A DNA stretch of 64,000 nucleotides from Camelus ferus (lineage: Eukaryota): assembly GCF_009834535.1 (NCBI RefSeq), contig NC_045696.1, positions 67,334,001-67,398,000 on the forward strand, written 5' to 3'. The notes below the pieces were generated by a model that did no database searches, had not been told where the DNA came from, and saw only the letters and a program-made list of their open reading frames with translations. A program made the position numbers and the translations under genes. Shown piece after piece: positions 46,545-59,599 of the stretch (position 1 is its first letter; each line of letters starts with the position of its first letter).

Positions 46545-49405
46545 CAAATAACAATGTTATAACTGTAGGATGTAAAATGTAATCTTCATGGTAGCCTCAA
46601 AGAGAATAGCTATAGAATACACACAAAAAGAAGTGAGAGAAAAATTGAAACATTTCATTATACAAAAAAAAATTAAACTTAAAAGAAGATAGTAATATAG
46701 GAAATATGGCAAGTAGAAAACAAATAGCAAATGACAGAATTTAAGTCCTTACTTATCAGTGGTTAAATGTAAATGTATTCAATTCTCCAATCAAAAGACA
46801 GAGATCATCATGAAAGATAAAAGAAAATTATCCAACAACATGCTGCTTATAGGAGACTCACTCTAGATCTAAAGACACAAATAGGTTGAAAGTGAAAAAA
46901 TTAATAAAATTGACAAACATTTAGCTAGCTTGACTGAAAATTAAGAGAGAAGACTCATTACTGAAATCAGATATGAAAGTGGAGGCATTACCAGCTATTC
47001 TACAGAAATGAAAAGGATTATAAAAGGGTACTATGAATAATTGTATGCAAACAAATTTGATAACCTAGATAAAATGAACAAATTTTAGAAATACAGAATC
47101 TACCAAGACTAAATCATGAAGAAATAGAAAATCTGAATTGATCTATAACTAATTATGAGTTTGAATCAGTATCAAAAGTCTCCCAACAATGAAAATCCCT
47201 GGACTTGAGAGCTTCACTGATGAAGTCTACCAAATATTTAAATAACCAATTCAAAACTTTATCAAAAGTTTTCAAAAAACTGAAGAGGAGGGCATCTTCT
47301 AGGATGAAACAGTAAAACAGTAAAACCTTGCCCCCTAAGATCAAGAATAATGCCAGGATGTCCGCTTTCACCACATCTAAATAAAACAAATCAAAATACA
47401 ATAATTTGAAAGGAAGAAATAAAACTATCTCTGTTTTCAGATGATATATTATACGTAGACAACACTAACAATTCCACAAAAAATCTATTGGAACTAATAA
47501 ATAAATTTAGCAAAGTAGCAGGATACAAAGTCAATAAGCAAAAATTAGTTGCACTTCTGTATACCAGAAGGAAAAATCTTAAGTGAAATACAAAGCCAAG
47601 TCCATTTACAGTATAATCAAAAAGAATAAAATACTTAGGAATTAACTTAACCAATAGGTGAAAGACTTGCACAATAAAAACTGCAAAATATTGATGAAAG
47701 AAACTAAAAACATAAATAAATGGAAACAAATCTTCTGTTTATGAATAAGAATATCTAATATTGTTAAGATGTTAATAGTACAAAAGCAATCTACAGATTC
47801 AATGCAATCTCTATCAAAAATTTCAATAATTTTTTTGCAGAAATAGAAAAGCCCATCATAAAGTACATACGGAATCTCAAGGGACCCCAAATAGCCAAAG
47901 CAACCTTGAAAAAGAACAAAGCAAGACTCCTGATTTCTGAACTTACTACAAAGCTACAGTAATCAAAACAATGTGGCACTGGAATAAAAAAAGACATATA
48001 AACAAATGGAATAGAATAGAGATCCCAAGAATAAATTCTTATGTATATGATCAAATGATTTTTGACAAGGGCAACAAGACAATTCAATGGGGGAAGGACA
48101 GTCTTTTCAACAAATAGTTCTAGAGATTCACATGTAAAAGAATGAAGTTGGTCTCTTACCTAACACCATATACAAAAAATGAACTCAAAATGGACCAAAG
48201 ACCTAAACATAAGACATAAAACTGCAAAACTCTTAGAAGATAACACAGGGCAAAAGCTTTATGACATTGGATTTGGCAATGATTTATTGGATATGACGTA
48301 AGAGGCATAAACAACAAAAGAAAAAATTGATAAATTGAACTCCATGAATATTTTTAAATGTGTATATGAAGATATATAGTAACAGGTAACATCAATAGAG
48401 TAAAAGGGCAACCCACAGAATGCAAAACAAATATTTGAAAATTATATATCTGATAAGGAATTAATATCCTGGGTATATAAAGAACTCCTAAAACTCAACA
48501 ATTATAAAACAAACAACTCAATTCAAAAATGGGCAAAGGACTTGAATAGACACTTCTACAAAGAAGACATATGATAATAAATAAGCACATGAAAAGATGC
48601 TCAATATCACCAATCATTAGAAAAATGCAAATTGAAACTGTAATAAGATACCATCTCTCACCCACACAACAACTACTATCAAAAAACAAAAACAGCAAGT
48701 GTTGGTGAGGATGTGGAGAAATTGGAACCCTTGTGCACTGTTTGTGGGTAATTATAATGGTATAGCTGCTTTGGAAAACAGTATAGCAGTTCCTCAAAAA
48801 AAAAAACAAAACCTTAAAATAAAATTAACATATGGATGATTTGGCAATTCAGCTTCTGGATGTATACCTAAAAGAATTGAAAACAGAATCTTGAAGAGAT
48901 ATTTGTACACCGATATTCATAGCAGCATTATTTGCAATAGCAAAACATAGATGCACCCTAAGTGTCCATCAACAGATGAACAGATAAGCAAAATGTGGTA
49001 TATACATATAATGGAATGGTTTTCAACCTTAAAAAAGAAGATAATTCTTCAATATGCTGTAACATAGATAAAACTCGAACATTATGCTAAAAGAATTAAG
49101 CCAGTGACAGGAAGACAAATACTGTATGGTTCCATTTATATAGGTTACTTATAGTAGTCAAAATTATAGAGACAGAGTAGACTGGTGGTTGCTAGGGTTT
49201 GAAAGGAGGGGCGAATGAGGAGTTGTTTAATGGGTAAAGAGCTTTGGTTTTACAAGATGAAAATGGTTATGGAGACAGATGGTGGTGATGGTTGCACAAC
49301 ATCATGAATGTATTTAGTGCCTCTAAACTGTACACTTAAAAATGGTTAAGATGGTGGTAAACTTTCTGTGAGAGATATTTTGCCACAAGAGAAAAAAAAT
49401 TGGGA
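46545..49405 (+). mobile_element. L1MA/MB-age L1 (ORF2 with internal deletions, plus 3' UTR)
   Basis: ORF2 start region at about 46730, 'tgttttcagatgatat' (FADD-like) at about 47430, the C-terminal region, and an L1MB-like end 'gatggtggtgatggttgcacaacatcatgaatgtatttagtg...ctgtacacttaaaaatggttaagatggt'. Confidence 0.9.
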
Positions 49406-49419
49406 AAATATTTCCTTCA

Positions 49420-49915
49420 CATTTGTGACAGTTGTTACAAATAGAAAAAGAAAGATCAAATACTCTAATAAAACAATGGTCAATGGCTAATTTTTATATA
49501 AAGCTTTCAGTTTATTCAATACTTTTTAAATATAAGTTTAATCAATAAGGACATGTTATTTTTTTCCATCAAATTGGTAAATGTGTTTTCTTTTTTTTAT
49601 AATAATGTCCAAATTTGGCTACAGTGTGAGGAAATACACAGCTAGTGGCAGTAAAATTGGTATACTCTTTGGCAATATGTAGCAAAAGCCTTAAATCTTG
49701 CATTTTCCAGATTATTTGAGCCAGCAAATCCAACTGTGGGAATCTATCTTAAATATATAATTAAAATGGAAAAATAGGTATTGTTTGTTTATTATAGAAC
49801 TATAGCTAATAAAGATTATTGGTAATAATCTAAATGTTTGACAAAGGGGAAGATCAATTATATAAACTATAAGATATTCATATAATGGATATAATAGTGT
49901 CATTAAAGCTATTTA
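49420..49915 (+). mobile_element. Very old L1ME-like 3' fragment
   Basis: 'ccatcaaattggtaaa...gtggcagtaaaattggtatactctttggcaatatgtagcaaaagcctta...ccagcaaatccaactgtgggaatctatc'. Confidence 0.6.
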
Positions 49916-49919
49916 ATAA

Positions 49920-50135
49920 ATGTAATAGCTTTCATTTCTTGCCAGACATTTTTCTAAGGGCTTTACATGTGTTAACTCATTTAATTCTCACAAAATCCTA
50001 TGAGATATATATTACTTATTATCCTCCATGAGGAAACTGGGGCAAAGAAGTTAATTTGACCTAGATCCACAGTTAGTAAGTAGCAGGATGGAGTACAAAG
50101 TCGAGCAGAGCTGTTCAATAGTACCGCTTTTAATC
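49920..50135 (-). mobile_element. MIR
   Basis: 'gctttacatgtgttaactcatttaattctcacaaaatcctatgaga...atgaggaaactggggcaaagaagttaa'. Confidence 0.85.
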
Positions 50136-50329
50136 ATCATGTACAAAGACCACATTGTGGTAACAGAATATTTAATACCAGGCGGAAATGCTTTCCTCAC
50201 TTCAGAATTGTATCTCTTTTTTGGTAGCTCTTTCTATAGGCATGCCACAAGTGCTACAATCAATGAATAGTGTTCAGACACCAACAGATACTTTTTTGCT
50301 CACACCAAAACTTCAGGAGGCATCCTTCA

Positions 50330-51120
50330 TTCTTCTTCATCTCTCACCCCTTCCCCATTCAGTCCAACAGCAAGTTCTACTATCTGAGCCCAAAATATGA
50401 CCCAGTTATGACCACTTCCTTCCTCCACTGTTCCTAACCTACAGCAAGCCAGCTTTTACATTCTTTTGAACAATCTGAATACCTCCCTAATTTGGTCACA
50501 CTGCTTCTACTCTTAACTCCTATGATCTTTCCCACACCGCAGTCAAAAAGACATAGTTTAATGTGATTCAGACCACATCACTCTCTGACTCAAAATCCTA
50601 TACTGTCTTCCCCCAAGTTCTTTACCATGGCCGTCAAAGCCCTAGCATGCTCTGGTTCCTCCCTGCCTTTCTAATATCATATAATGGCATGTTTGCTTCC
50701 TGTGTTCCAGCCATACTGACCTTCTCAATGCTCTTCAAACAAGTCAAGCTCCTTTCCATTTGGGAGTCTTTATATACACACTCTTCCTTTCCCTAAATCT
50801 TCTCAAGACTCACTTCTCCTCCTAATGTCCAGCTACAGCCCAATTCTGCCTCCTCAAAAAGTCTTTCCTTAAAATCCAATTTAAAATACCCCTCATTACT
50901 TTTTATCCCACCTCACCATTTGATTTTATTCACATCTAAATTATTCTACTCTTGTACTTATATGTTTGTGTGTTAATTCACTCCAACAAGAACATAAGAT
51001 CCATAGCAGCATATATATATATACACTATCAAACCCCCAGAACCTAAAATAGTGTCTGGCACATAGTAAAAATTCCATACATTTTTAGATGAACAAATGA
51101 GTGAATCAGTGAATGTGAAT
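50330..51120 (+). mobile_element. L2a 3' region with terminal repeat
   Basis: Ends 'cccccagaacctaaaatagtgtctggcacatagtaaa...gatgaacaaatgagtgaat'. Confidence 0.8.
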
Positions 51121-51159
51121 GAAAATGGATTGTTTAAATTTGCCCCTGAACAGTTTTCG

Positions 51160-51935
51160 CTTACAAAACTTCTGCCACCAAATGTGTGTTTTTTCACACA
51201 CTAACCAATTCTAACATCAACTGGATGTCTTACAGTTCAGTTCTGACCCTAAATGTACCAAGTTAGTGTCACACTCTGCAGGTTTAAGGGTTGAGTCCCA
51301 CAAGACTGTCCCCACTTCAGATGCCAGCCGCAGGTATTGGATCCTCAGGTTACCCACACTTCTAACTTGAATACAAGTTTGAGGGCTCCCATCACCATTT
51401 CCCAATCCCAATCACCCCGCAAGTTTCAATATTTGCTAGAACAACATACAGTAGCTCAGGAAACTGCTTTGTTCACTATTATCAGTTTCTTACAAAGTCT
51501 ACAACTCAGGAACAACCAAATGGAAGAGATGCATAGGACAAAGTATTACAGGGTGGAGTCGGGGCACAGAGCTGCCAGGTCTTCTCCAGGCAAACCACCC
51601 TCCCAGTCCCTTGGTGGAGTCACTAAACTGGAAGCTTTCTGAATCTCATTGTTCAAAAATCATTACAGAGCTCAATCTCCAGCCTCACCCCACCCCTTCC
51701 TGGAGATTCATGAGTGAGACTCAAAGTCCCAACCTTCTATTCTCTTGGTCCTTCTTGTGACCAGCCCCATCCTTAAGTTAACTAGGGGCCCTATCCCAAA
51801 TCTCTTCATTAGCATAAACTCAGGTGTTATGAACAAATAAAAAACATTCTAGTACTGAGGAAATCCCATGGGTTTGGGGAGCTCTTAGGCCAGGAACAGG
51901 GACAAAGATCAAGTACATTTTTATATTATGTCACA
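51160..51935 (-). mobile_element. ERV LTR, MER21-like
   Basis: Minus strand starts 'tgtgacataatataaaaatgtacttgatctttgtccctgttcctggcc'. Plus strand has 'cattagcataaactcaggtgt' and 'cacaagactgtccccacttcagatgccagccgca', typical of MER21. Confidence 0.85.
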
Positions 51936-52310
51936 ACTTCTGAGAGTAAAGTTAAGCCCTGGTATGTAGGAAGGGGGTCTGTGTCTATCTAGGTGAGAAG
52001 GAGAGTCACATGTCTCAAACCAGACGTTGAGGGAGGAGGGGGGAAGGACGGGGGGTGGTGTGGGTGGTGTGAGGACACAAAGATGATTGCAGATGAACTT
52101 GAAAGGAGAAAGCCTTCCTCTTTATAGCCGGTGATACGGGCAACGAGATGCACAGGAGACAGCTCCTGGATGGTAGCTGTTCAGATGTTCCTTCCCTGGG
52201 TATATTACCAGGAGCTCGAGAGGTAAGAACTCTTTTCCAGAACCTGAAGGGTTGTGCTAGTTCTTTGAGGAGGGTGAGGATCTTAGGCAGTGAGCTAATC
52301 GGGTAAAATC

Positions 52311-52424
52311 TAGGGTGACCAACTCATACCAGTTTACCTGAAATTGTCCCAGTTATAAAACTGAAATCCCCACGTTCCAGAAACCCCCTCAGTGCCTGGC
52401 AAACTAGGATAACTGGTCACCTTA
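52311..52424. mobile_element. hAT-Blackjack MITE, MER81-like (114 bp)
   Basis: TIRs tagggtgacca and tggtcacctta. Internal 'gtcccagttataaaactgaaatccccacgttccagaaaccccctcagtgcctggcaaac'. Confidence 0.85.
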
Positions 52425-53049
52425 AAAGATCAGAACTTTTGCACTGTACTTCATAAGCAAAACTTTATATTTATCTTTGACTTTATTTCCCTGTAGCTTT
52501 CCTCAGAGTTTGACATTTTTAAAAATCCCAAGAACAACTTTCTGCACTATACAGAAATTAAGAATATTTAAAAGAGACCACTCAATGGTGTCAGTGTGAT
52601 TGCAGTGAGAGTGCCCTTGGGGGAAAGTGACATAAAAGGAAACAGAATTGGTGCGTCTCAGCCTAGAGATTCCCCTGCCCATGCCAAATCTTGAAGATGT
52701 TTGACAAGAAAAAAAAATGAATGGAGCAAGGGAAAAAGAGCGAAAAACATAAATGATTTGAATTTAAAAGCATATCAAACTGACACTGATGAACCTCAAC
52801 TCCTTTGAGTTGTTTTTCCAGCTTATTGATAAAGATGAAATCTATGCCAGTCAATCTGCCCTCTCACACAGTCTCTCTTGTGGTCCAGTTGCTCACAGCT
52901 AAGAAATACCAGCAAGACCACCTTCTCATAATTTAAGATTCAATTTCAGTAGAAAATGTATTTGATAAATTTCAACATTCTTTCCAGATTAAATGTCATA
53001 CTAAAATAAGAAATAGAAATAGATGGATATACCATTTTGATTTCTGATA

Positions 53050-54070
53050 CTTCGTATATGACAATTTCTACCATCTAGCAACGTTTAGATACTTGTTTGT
53101 CCACAATGTTTTGGGTCTTTCTCATCCATTACAATGGGCACCATAAGTACACTTCCAATCTCAAGTGTCACGTCTTTTGGATTCGGGAGATTTGACAAAA
53201 TTGTTACTTGAATAACTACTTCTCCACTGTTTACTCTGGTCTTTCTGGAGTTCCTAGTTGTTGGATGGACCTTATGATTTAGTCTTCTAATTTTCTTTTG
53301 TTTTCTCTTATATTGATGTTCTCTGTGTTTTTATTCTAATTACTGGCTTATTTTCTTAAATTTGTATTTCAACAATTTTTCAGACATTATTATTGCTATA
53401 TTTTTGATTTCTCAAAAGCCCTGTCTTATTCTTTGGTTGTTTTTGTTTGTTTTGTCTTCAAATATATGAAATGTAGTTTTCTTATTTCCAAGATGTTTTA
53501 TTTTCTCTTATCTCTCTGAGAAAATTATTTTAAATATTTTAGTTGGCTTCTTCCATTAAGTCTGATTTTTTTCAAGTTCCTTCGTATTTGTTATTTTATT
53601 TATTTATTCTGTTTTGTGAGAGACTTTTTAAATACATTTTGTATTTTCTTGAAATTGTCTGTTTTCCTTGCCAAATTTTCTATTTGTCTGAAAAAATTTT
53701 CTTGTGCTATTAAAAAATTATATATTAAGGATATTAGATCTATAGTTCAGTGTGGTCACCATTTTCCTAGTAATTAATCATTTGTTTTATTTGAGCATTC
53801 TATATAAAAAAATTTAATTTTATGTGGTTAAATTTAGTAGTCATTTTATTTCAGAAGTTTGGGTAATATTAAGGCAAGCCTTCCATAATCCAAGATTTTA
53901 TAGAATGTTGCATTTTATTCTAAAACTTTTTTTAACATGTATATTGTTACTCCATCTGAGACAAATTTGTGTTTAAAAAGTGTAGTAAAGATTCCATTTT
54001 GTTTTTTCCCAAATGAATAGGTACTTGTCCCCACGTAATTTATTGAGAAATTCATTGGTTTGAAATGTTA
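53050..54070 (-). mobile_element. Old L1M fragments
   Basis: T-rich, with reverse L1 motifs 'tggagttcctagttgttggatggacc' and 'ttcccaaatgaataggtacttgtcccc..atttattga'. Confidence 0.55.
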
Positions 54071-54959
54071 TTGGTATCAGTTAGGGTTACATTTAGCTGA
54101 ATATCTTAGAAACATGGGCAAAGTGATTAAATCAAATAGATGTTTTGTTTTGATTTTTCCCCACATTTAACCATAAATCTGAATATAAAAAGTCTTGGAT
54201 TGGGGTTTGTAACGTCATTAATACTCCAGTCTCTTTCTAGTCTTCTGTTCCTTGTATATTTTATTCTCCTGGTTGCTTCATGTCATATAAAGGCTGTTTG
54301 ATCCCTTACCTAAAACCAGCATATTCAGGAAGGAAGGAAGAAAAAACAGAGGACAAAGAGAAGGAGAAGCATTTTATGGATCTTACAAGTATCTTATGAA
54401 CAATATTTGCTGCAAGAAAGGCCAGTAAATAATTTTTTTAAGCTGTACATATTGCTTCCTTAAACAAATAGTAGGCTTCCATTAATAAAAAAGAAAGGGA
54501 GAAGATTTTAGATACACAGCTAATAGTTCTTGGTACTAAATTGTTACATGTGGACTTGGTGGATGACTTAGTGCATTTGACTACATATAAATAATAATGC
54601 AGAGTATTTTACAAAGCTGTTAAAGCATGCGGGGGTTAATTCATTATATATACTTAAAAATGAAAAAAATGAATAAACAAGGCAATCATTAACTCCAGGA
54701 AAACCAGAGAATTGTACAAAAACTCAAGGAATCGTGATTTACTATTTATCTCAACAATAACCCTTACTTCTATAACCGTGATAATGTAAAACCTGAAGTC
54801 TTTCTGACTTCAGAAGAGAAGAAAAACCATTTCAAACAGTCTTTAAAGTTCCCATTTTTTCATCCCTGCTCATCTCCTGGAGTCCAGGTTACAGTACCTC
54901 AAAGACCTTCCTGAGGAGACTAACAACAAGAGGAATATCACAGACTTTATGGATTCAGG

Positions 54960-55430
54960 TGGACTTCCCATCATTTAGGGCACTCTCCAGCTTAACTTTT
55001 CTCTACAATATCCTTGATAAGTGGTTACTTGGCTTCTACTTGGACATATCCACTGACAGGGAACTCACGACTCCTCCAGACAGTGCTTTCAATTCCTGGA
55101 CAGCGCTCATCACTGACACATCATTTCCTATGATTAGATTAAGGTCAACCAGTTCTTCTTCACTTTATTGACCTTTTCTGCTCCCTAGTCTTATGGAACA
55201 TATTCAGTTCCTCTTTCACAAGAAAGAAATTAGCTATTGTGAATATATTGTCATAATACTCATAATCTTCCCCATGTCAAAGTCTTCTCCAGGCCCTCTT
55301 ACCATTTGATATGATTTCACATTCCAGTGATGTTTTGGACATCTTCTTTTGGATGCACTTCATCTGGTTAATGTCCCTCTTAAAATATGGCACTAGAACA
55401 GAGCACATGATTGCCAGATGGAGTGGGAAA
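54960..55430 (-). mobile_element. L3/CR1 fragment
   Basis: 'ggcttctacttggacatatccactgacagggaactcacgactcctccagacagtgctttcaattcctggacagcgctc' is the reverse of an L3 3' end. Confidence 0.7.
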
Positions 55431-56739
55431 AGATATGAAAAACAAAGTTTCTGAATTTCACATTGTATTAGAGGGACCTTGTATTATATTTCCTTTGGGC
55501 ATCTTTTTGGAGATCTTTTGACAAAAGATAAGACTGTTAGTCTTTACAAAAGCATATGGAGAACTGTGCATTTCATCCCTCAGACTTTAACCAAAGACAT
55601 CTGTCCCCATTCACTATCCACAATGCTAAAAATAAAGTGCCAAAATCTAGGCATGAAGTAAGAGAGAATGAGGTTTGAATGAGCCATCCTCTCTTTCAGG
55701 AATCAAAGAACTGTAAGCTAGGATTCCTTTAACAATGCTGAATATCAAAGAACTCCAGGATGAGTTCTTTTTCCAATACTCTGCCCTACCCACAAGTAGA
55801 ACATGTCCCAATTTGCTAGATTTAAACAGCCGAGCTCTGTTTCTGATCTGCCGTCTCTGTCAGTATTCTTTTTCCTTGTATCTACTCATTCCTCTTCTTT
55901 ATACTCATTTAGAATACACTAATGGAAGTAGCCTGCCACGTGGCTTTCCTTTTTGCCACTTTTTCATGGGAAATGTGATTAAAGAGCTTGGAGTGGGCTG
56001 TTTTACACACAAATATTCAGACAGTCTCTTAGCAATAAATGGCTGTCGCTTCTATTATCTGTCTGCCTTTGAGTTCTATTATCTGTTGTGAATTGGTGCA
56101 AGGCTCTGTAAAACAGTTTTCAGGCAGCCTCATTACTCCCTTCCACACCTTCTGCTCCATCTGAGAGTGCTGCTGCCATGACTGCTGGGTAATATTTGCC
56201 ATTAGACAAGGCACATAAAAGAATCAAGCTATGACTAATTCACTTGATGGCTGTGTGCCCTGTGTCATGCTCATTAACACTTCTCGACTCAGTTATTAAA
56301 GAGAATCACATAGCAGATCTCAGCAGGCTCACATTTATACTCTAGTATGCTTTATTTTTCCATCTGAGCCACATCCTTATCATCAACTTGTCCTGATCAC
56401 TCTTAACCTTCTACCCCAGGTCTATTCCACCCCGCTACACTTAACTAGGTTTTCCACTGAATAAATAAATATTTATGGGAATCTGTCGCCAAACGAGACT
56501 TTAGGTTATCTGGAAATGGTTTGTGCCCTCTGACGAATCATCCAATCAGCTTTCAGCTGAAAAGCCATCAGAGATTCACCTGATGGAAGTCCAAAGAGAA
56601 AACAGTAAGCCTTAAAATATTAAAGTATTTCCAGCCCTTTTGTAATCATTATTTCATTTGAGGTTTACAACAACCTCTTGGGGTAGGCTGCATAAATAAT
56701 ACTCTATCATTAACTACCTTAATCATTAGCTCCACCTGA

Positions 56740-57172
56740 ATAGTCATAAGTTCATATGGTGACCACTACTATTCATCAATAGCTAGGTATCCTCTACTTC
56801 TGAATACATGGGAAGTTGCACTAATCTGCCTCTTGAAGTTGGGCATGAACATGTGATTTGATTTGATGGTGAAATGTGAGAGGAAGTGATAAGCATAGTC
56901 TTCATGCAGAAACATTTAATTGAAGATGCTTGAATCTATCACTTGGCTCTTCTGTTGCCACAGGAATTGCAGAAGCATGTAACCATATGGAGATACCGTA
57001 AGATCTAAACAGCCTAAGATACTGAACAAGCACCTAAGGGGCAGTTGCCCTGGAGAAACACCAGGACTTCTAGTAGAATCTGAATGAGCATTAGATAAAA
57101 TTTTGTTTTGATATATTACTGTAATTCTGGAGTTGTTTGTTATCACAGCATATCCTAGTCTATACTGACTGC
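56740..57172 (+). mobile_element. MaLR solo LTR (MLT1H/I-like)
   Basis: 'cctcttgaagttgggcatgaacatgtgattt...gaaatgtgagaggaagtga...ggagttgtttgttatcacagcatatcctagtctatactgact'. Confidence 0.75.
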
Positions 57173-57829
57173 TGTAGTTTTCATTTGCTCTAGATGTATC
57201 GTAATATTAAGCCATTTGTGGAAATGAAAAACAGATGCAGCATGGCTGAATGTAAAAAGAAATAACTGAACTTAGAGTCAAAAGTTCAAATCCACTCTAA
57301 GACATAAACTCTGCCAGGTATCGTGTAATGATTGCCAAGGTTTTACAATCCACAAAGACAACCATCTAATAAGAACAAGTGACATGTAAAATCTAATCCA
57401 TGCTTTTCTCACCAAGTGTGAATCAAGGTTCAGTGCTGTGCTCAATAGTGGATATCTTTCTCCAGTTTACACAAAAGTACTTTATGTGAAAGCTGATCAC
57501 ACTTTTTGGATGTCCTGTGAGACATCACTTAACTTCTCTAAAGTTTTCTTTTTTTCTCTCATCTTTAACATACAAACAAAAATACTTACCTCTTTGCTTG
57601 TTAAGAGATTTAAATAACGTATATAAAAGTACATATATAGTGTCCACATCATAGACCAACAGCATTCAAACCTGAAGCATCAACTTTGATTGTTGACAGA
57701 ACCCTTCAGAAAATGTAGAGGTGATATTTGTGAGCAGGACAAATGACCACTTTCCAAATGACCACGTTCAAGTGTTTCAGGAAGCTTCACAAATGTGAGT
57801 TGTATTGCGCTTATTCCAAGGTTATGATA

Positions 57830-58440
57830 ATATGGGTTTCCAAGTGACAGAAATCTGGTTTGAACTAATTTAGTAAAAAAAAAAAAGAGAGAGAGAGAGA
57901 GAAGGAAGTGGGAGGAGAATGGTAATTGGTTCATATAAATAAAGCAAGATTTGAGTAAGCAAACCACGAGAAGAGGAGAGATGAAGCTGGACTTTGGGAC
58001 AACTAGAATCAGGAACCTGAACATGGCCACACTCCTCTCTTTTTCATGTCTTTTTCTTTTTTGCTGTTTATTTTCTATGTGTCACTTTCCTTTCCTCTCA
58101 CTGCAAACTGGTTTGTTTGGAACAGGAAACAGAGCTGCCAAGATGTCTTGAATTTTTCCACCAGAAGACAAAGACTTACTCTCTTTCTCAATTACACTTC
58201 AAGAAATTCTAGAAATAATTCTGATTGCCTAGTCTGATCGGGGACTCACACTCAGACCAATAAATCATTTCCACATAAGAAAACACCCTGACTGCCTCAA
58301 TCTGAGTAATATGCTATCCATGGACCAATAAACTGTGGCCAAGAATGGGATCAGGTAGTCCCAGCTAACATCATGGTAGTCCCAACTAAAACCAATTGGT
58401 TGGAATGGGAGAAGAAACAAAGAAATGAAGAGTGTAGATT
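57830..58440 (-). mobile_element. Old MaLR-like LTR with an internal A/(AG)n tract
   Basis: 'caagtgacagaaatctggtttgaactaatttag' and a duplicated 'gaccaataaa' block. Confidence 0.45.
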
Positions 58441-58679
58441 AGAAAATACTATAGGTGCCTAGTTTAGATAGTAATTTAAGGTGAATCACTTGGATAAAGT
58501 CAGAATAACAAAAACAAATTCAACATTCTGGTGAAAAAGGGATATCAAATTATCTCTAGCATGGGTTCAGTGGCAAAATTTAGTAATGTATTTCTACTGT
58601 TTTGAGTGATTTTCCAGGAAGATAGTTGTCTGGGCCAGTTGGATGTTTTCTCATCCATTATTCTTCTATTATGGGGCAC

Positions 58680-59160
58680 TATTCACTCATCTGGGAGATT
58701 TAGATAAACCAGACCCAAGTTAACTACATTTCTCAGAATCCCGTTTGCTATATAATTCTAGATTTTGCCAATGAGACAAACTCACATGAGATTTTGGAAG
58801 GCAGGAGTGGTTTAGGAGGTCAAGGTGGCCACACAGGTGGCCAAAGTCAGGCCACATAGGCAATCAAGATAGTTGTTCAGGAGCTTTCCCTGAGACTCAA
58901 GAGTTGTATCCGTTTCCTGGTGAAATTTTTGTAACTACTCACTATAGGGTTTCGGGCTGTTTCGCTGATGTTTTAACTATACCCTTGCCAACCTTCCCTT
59001 TCCCAGAAAATCCCTAATCCCTATATTAAAATATTATTCTATAATCTATGTAGAATCCAATACTCCATACATTCTCTATGTAATTCAATATTGTGTACAC
59101 TTATATTTTATATAAAGCATTTTCCTGCATTGCTTACATTGATTCTATTTTCCTGTTCTA
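58680..59160 (+). mobile_element. ERVL LTR, LTR41-like
   Basis: 'aactacatttctcagaatccc...ttttgccaatgagacaaactcacatgagattttggaaggcaggagtgg'. Confidence 0.55.
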
Positions 59161-59599
59161 ACAAAGACTTGTATAGGTCTAGATCCAGTAAGATACAGGT
59201 AAAGAGATTCTAGGTTGGTTTACTATAAACCACCTTCAAAGATCAAGAATCAGGGTGAGTTTGATGGAGAAAAAGAATAAAAGAGAAAGTGAATCAGAGG
59301 ACTGATTACCCAGTAAAATAATACAGTAAATACAGGATCCATCATGAGAGAACACACTCATCTATAAAATGTCTGAGTTATTTTTTTTCTTGAGCTGCAA
59401 ATAATGGAAATGGTACAATTGGTAACTGTAAGATTAAATAATATTGTATCAATGTGAATTTCTTGACACTGATAATATACCATGGTTATGTAAAAGAATA
59501 TTTTTATTTTTAGGACATACACACAGAAGTTGTTAGGTTTTGCACCTTATTCCCAAATTCAAAGAAATTAGAAAGAGAGAGAAACAAGAAGGAAAAGAA

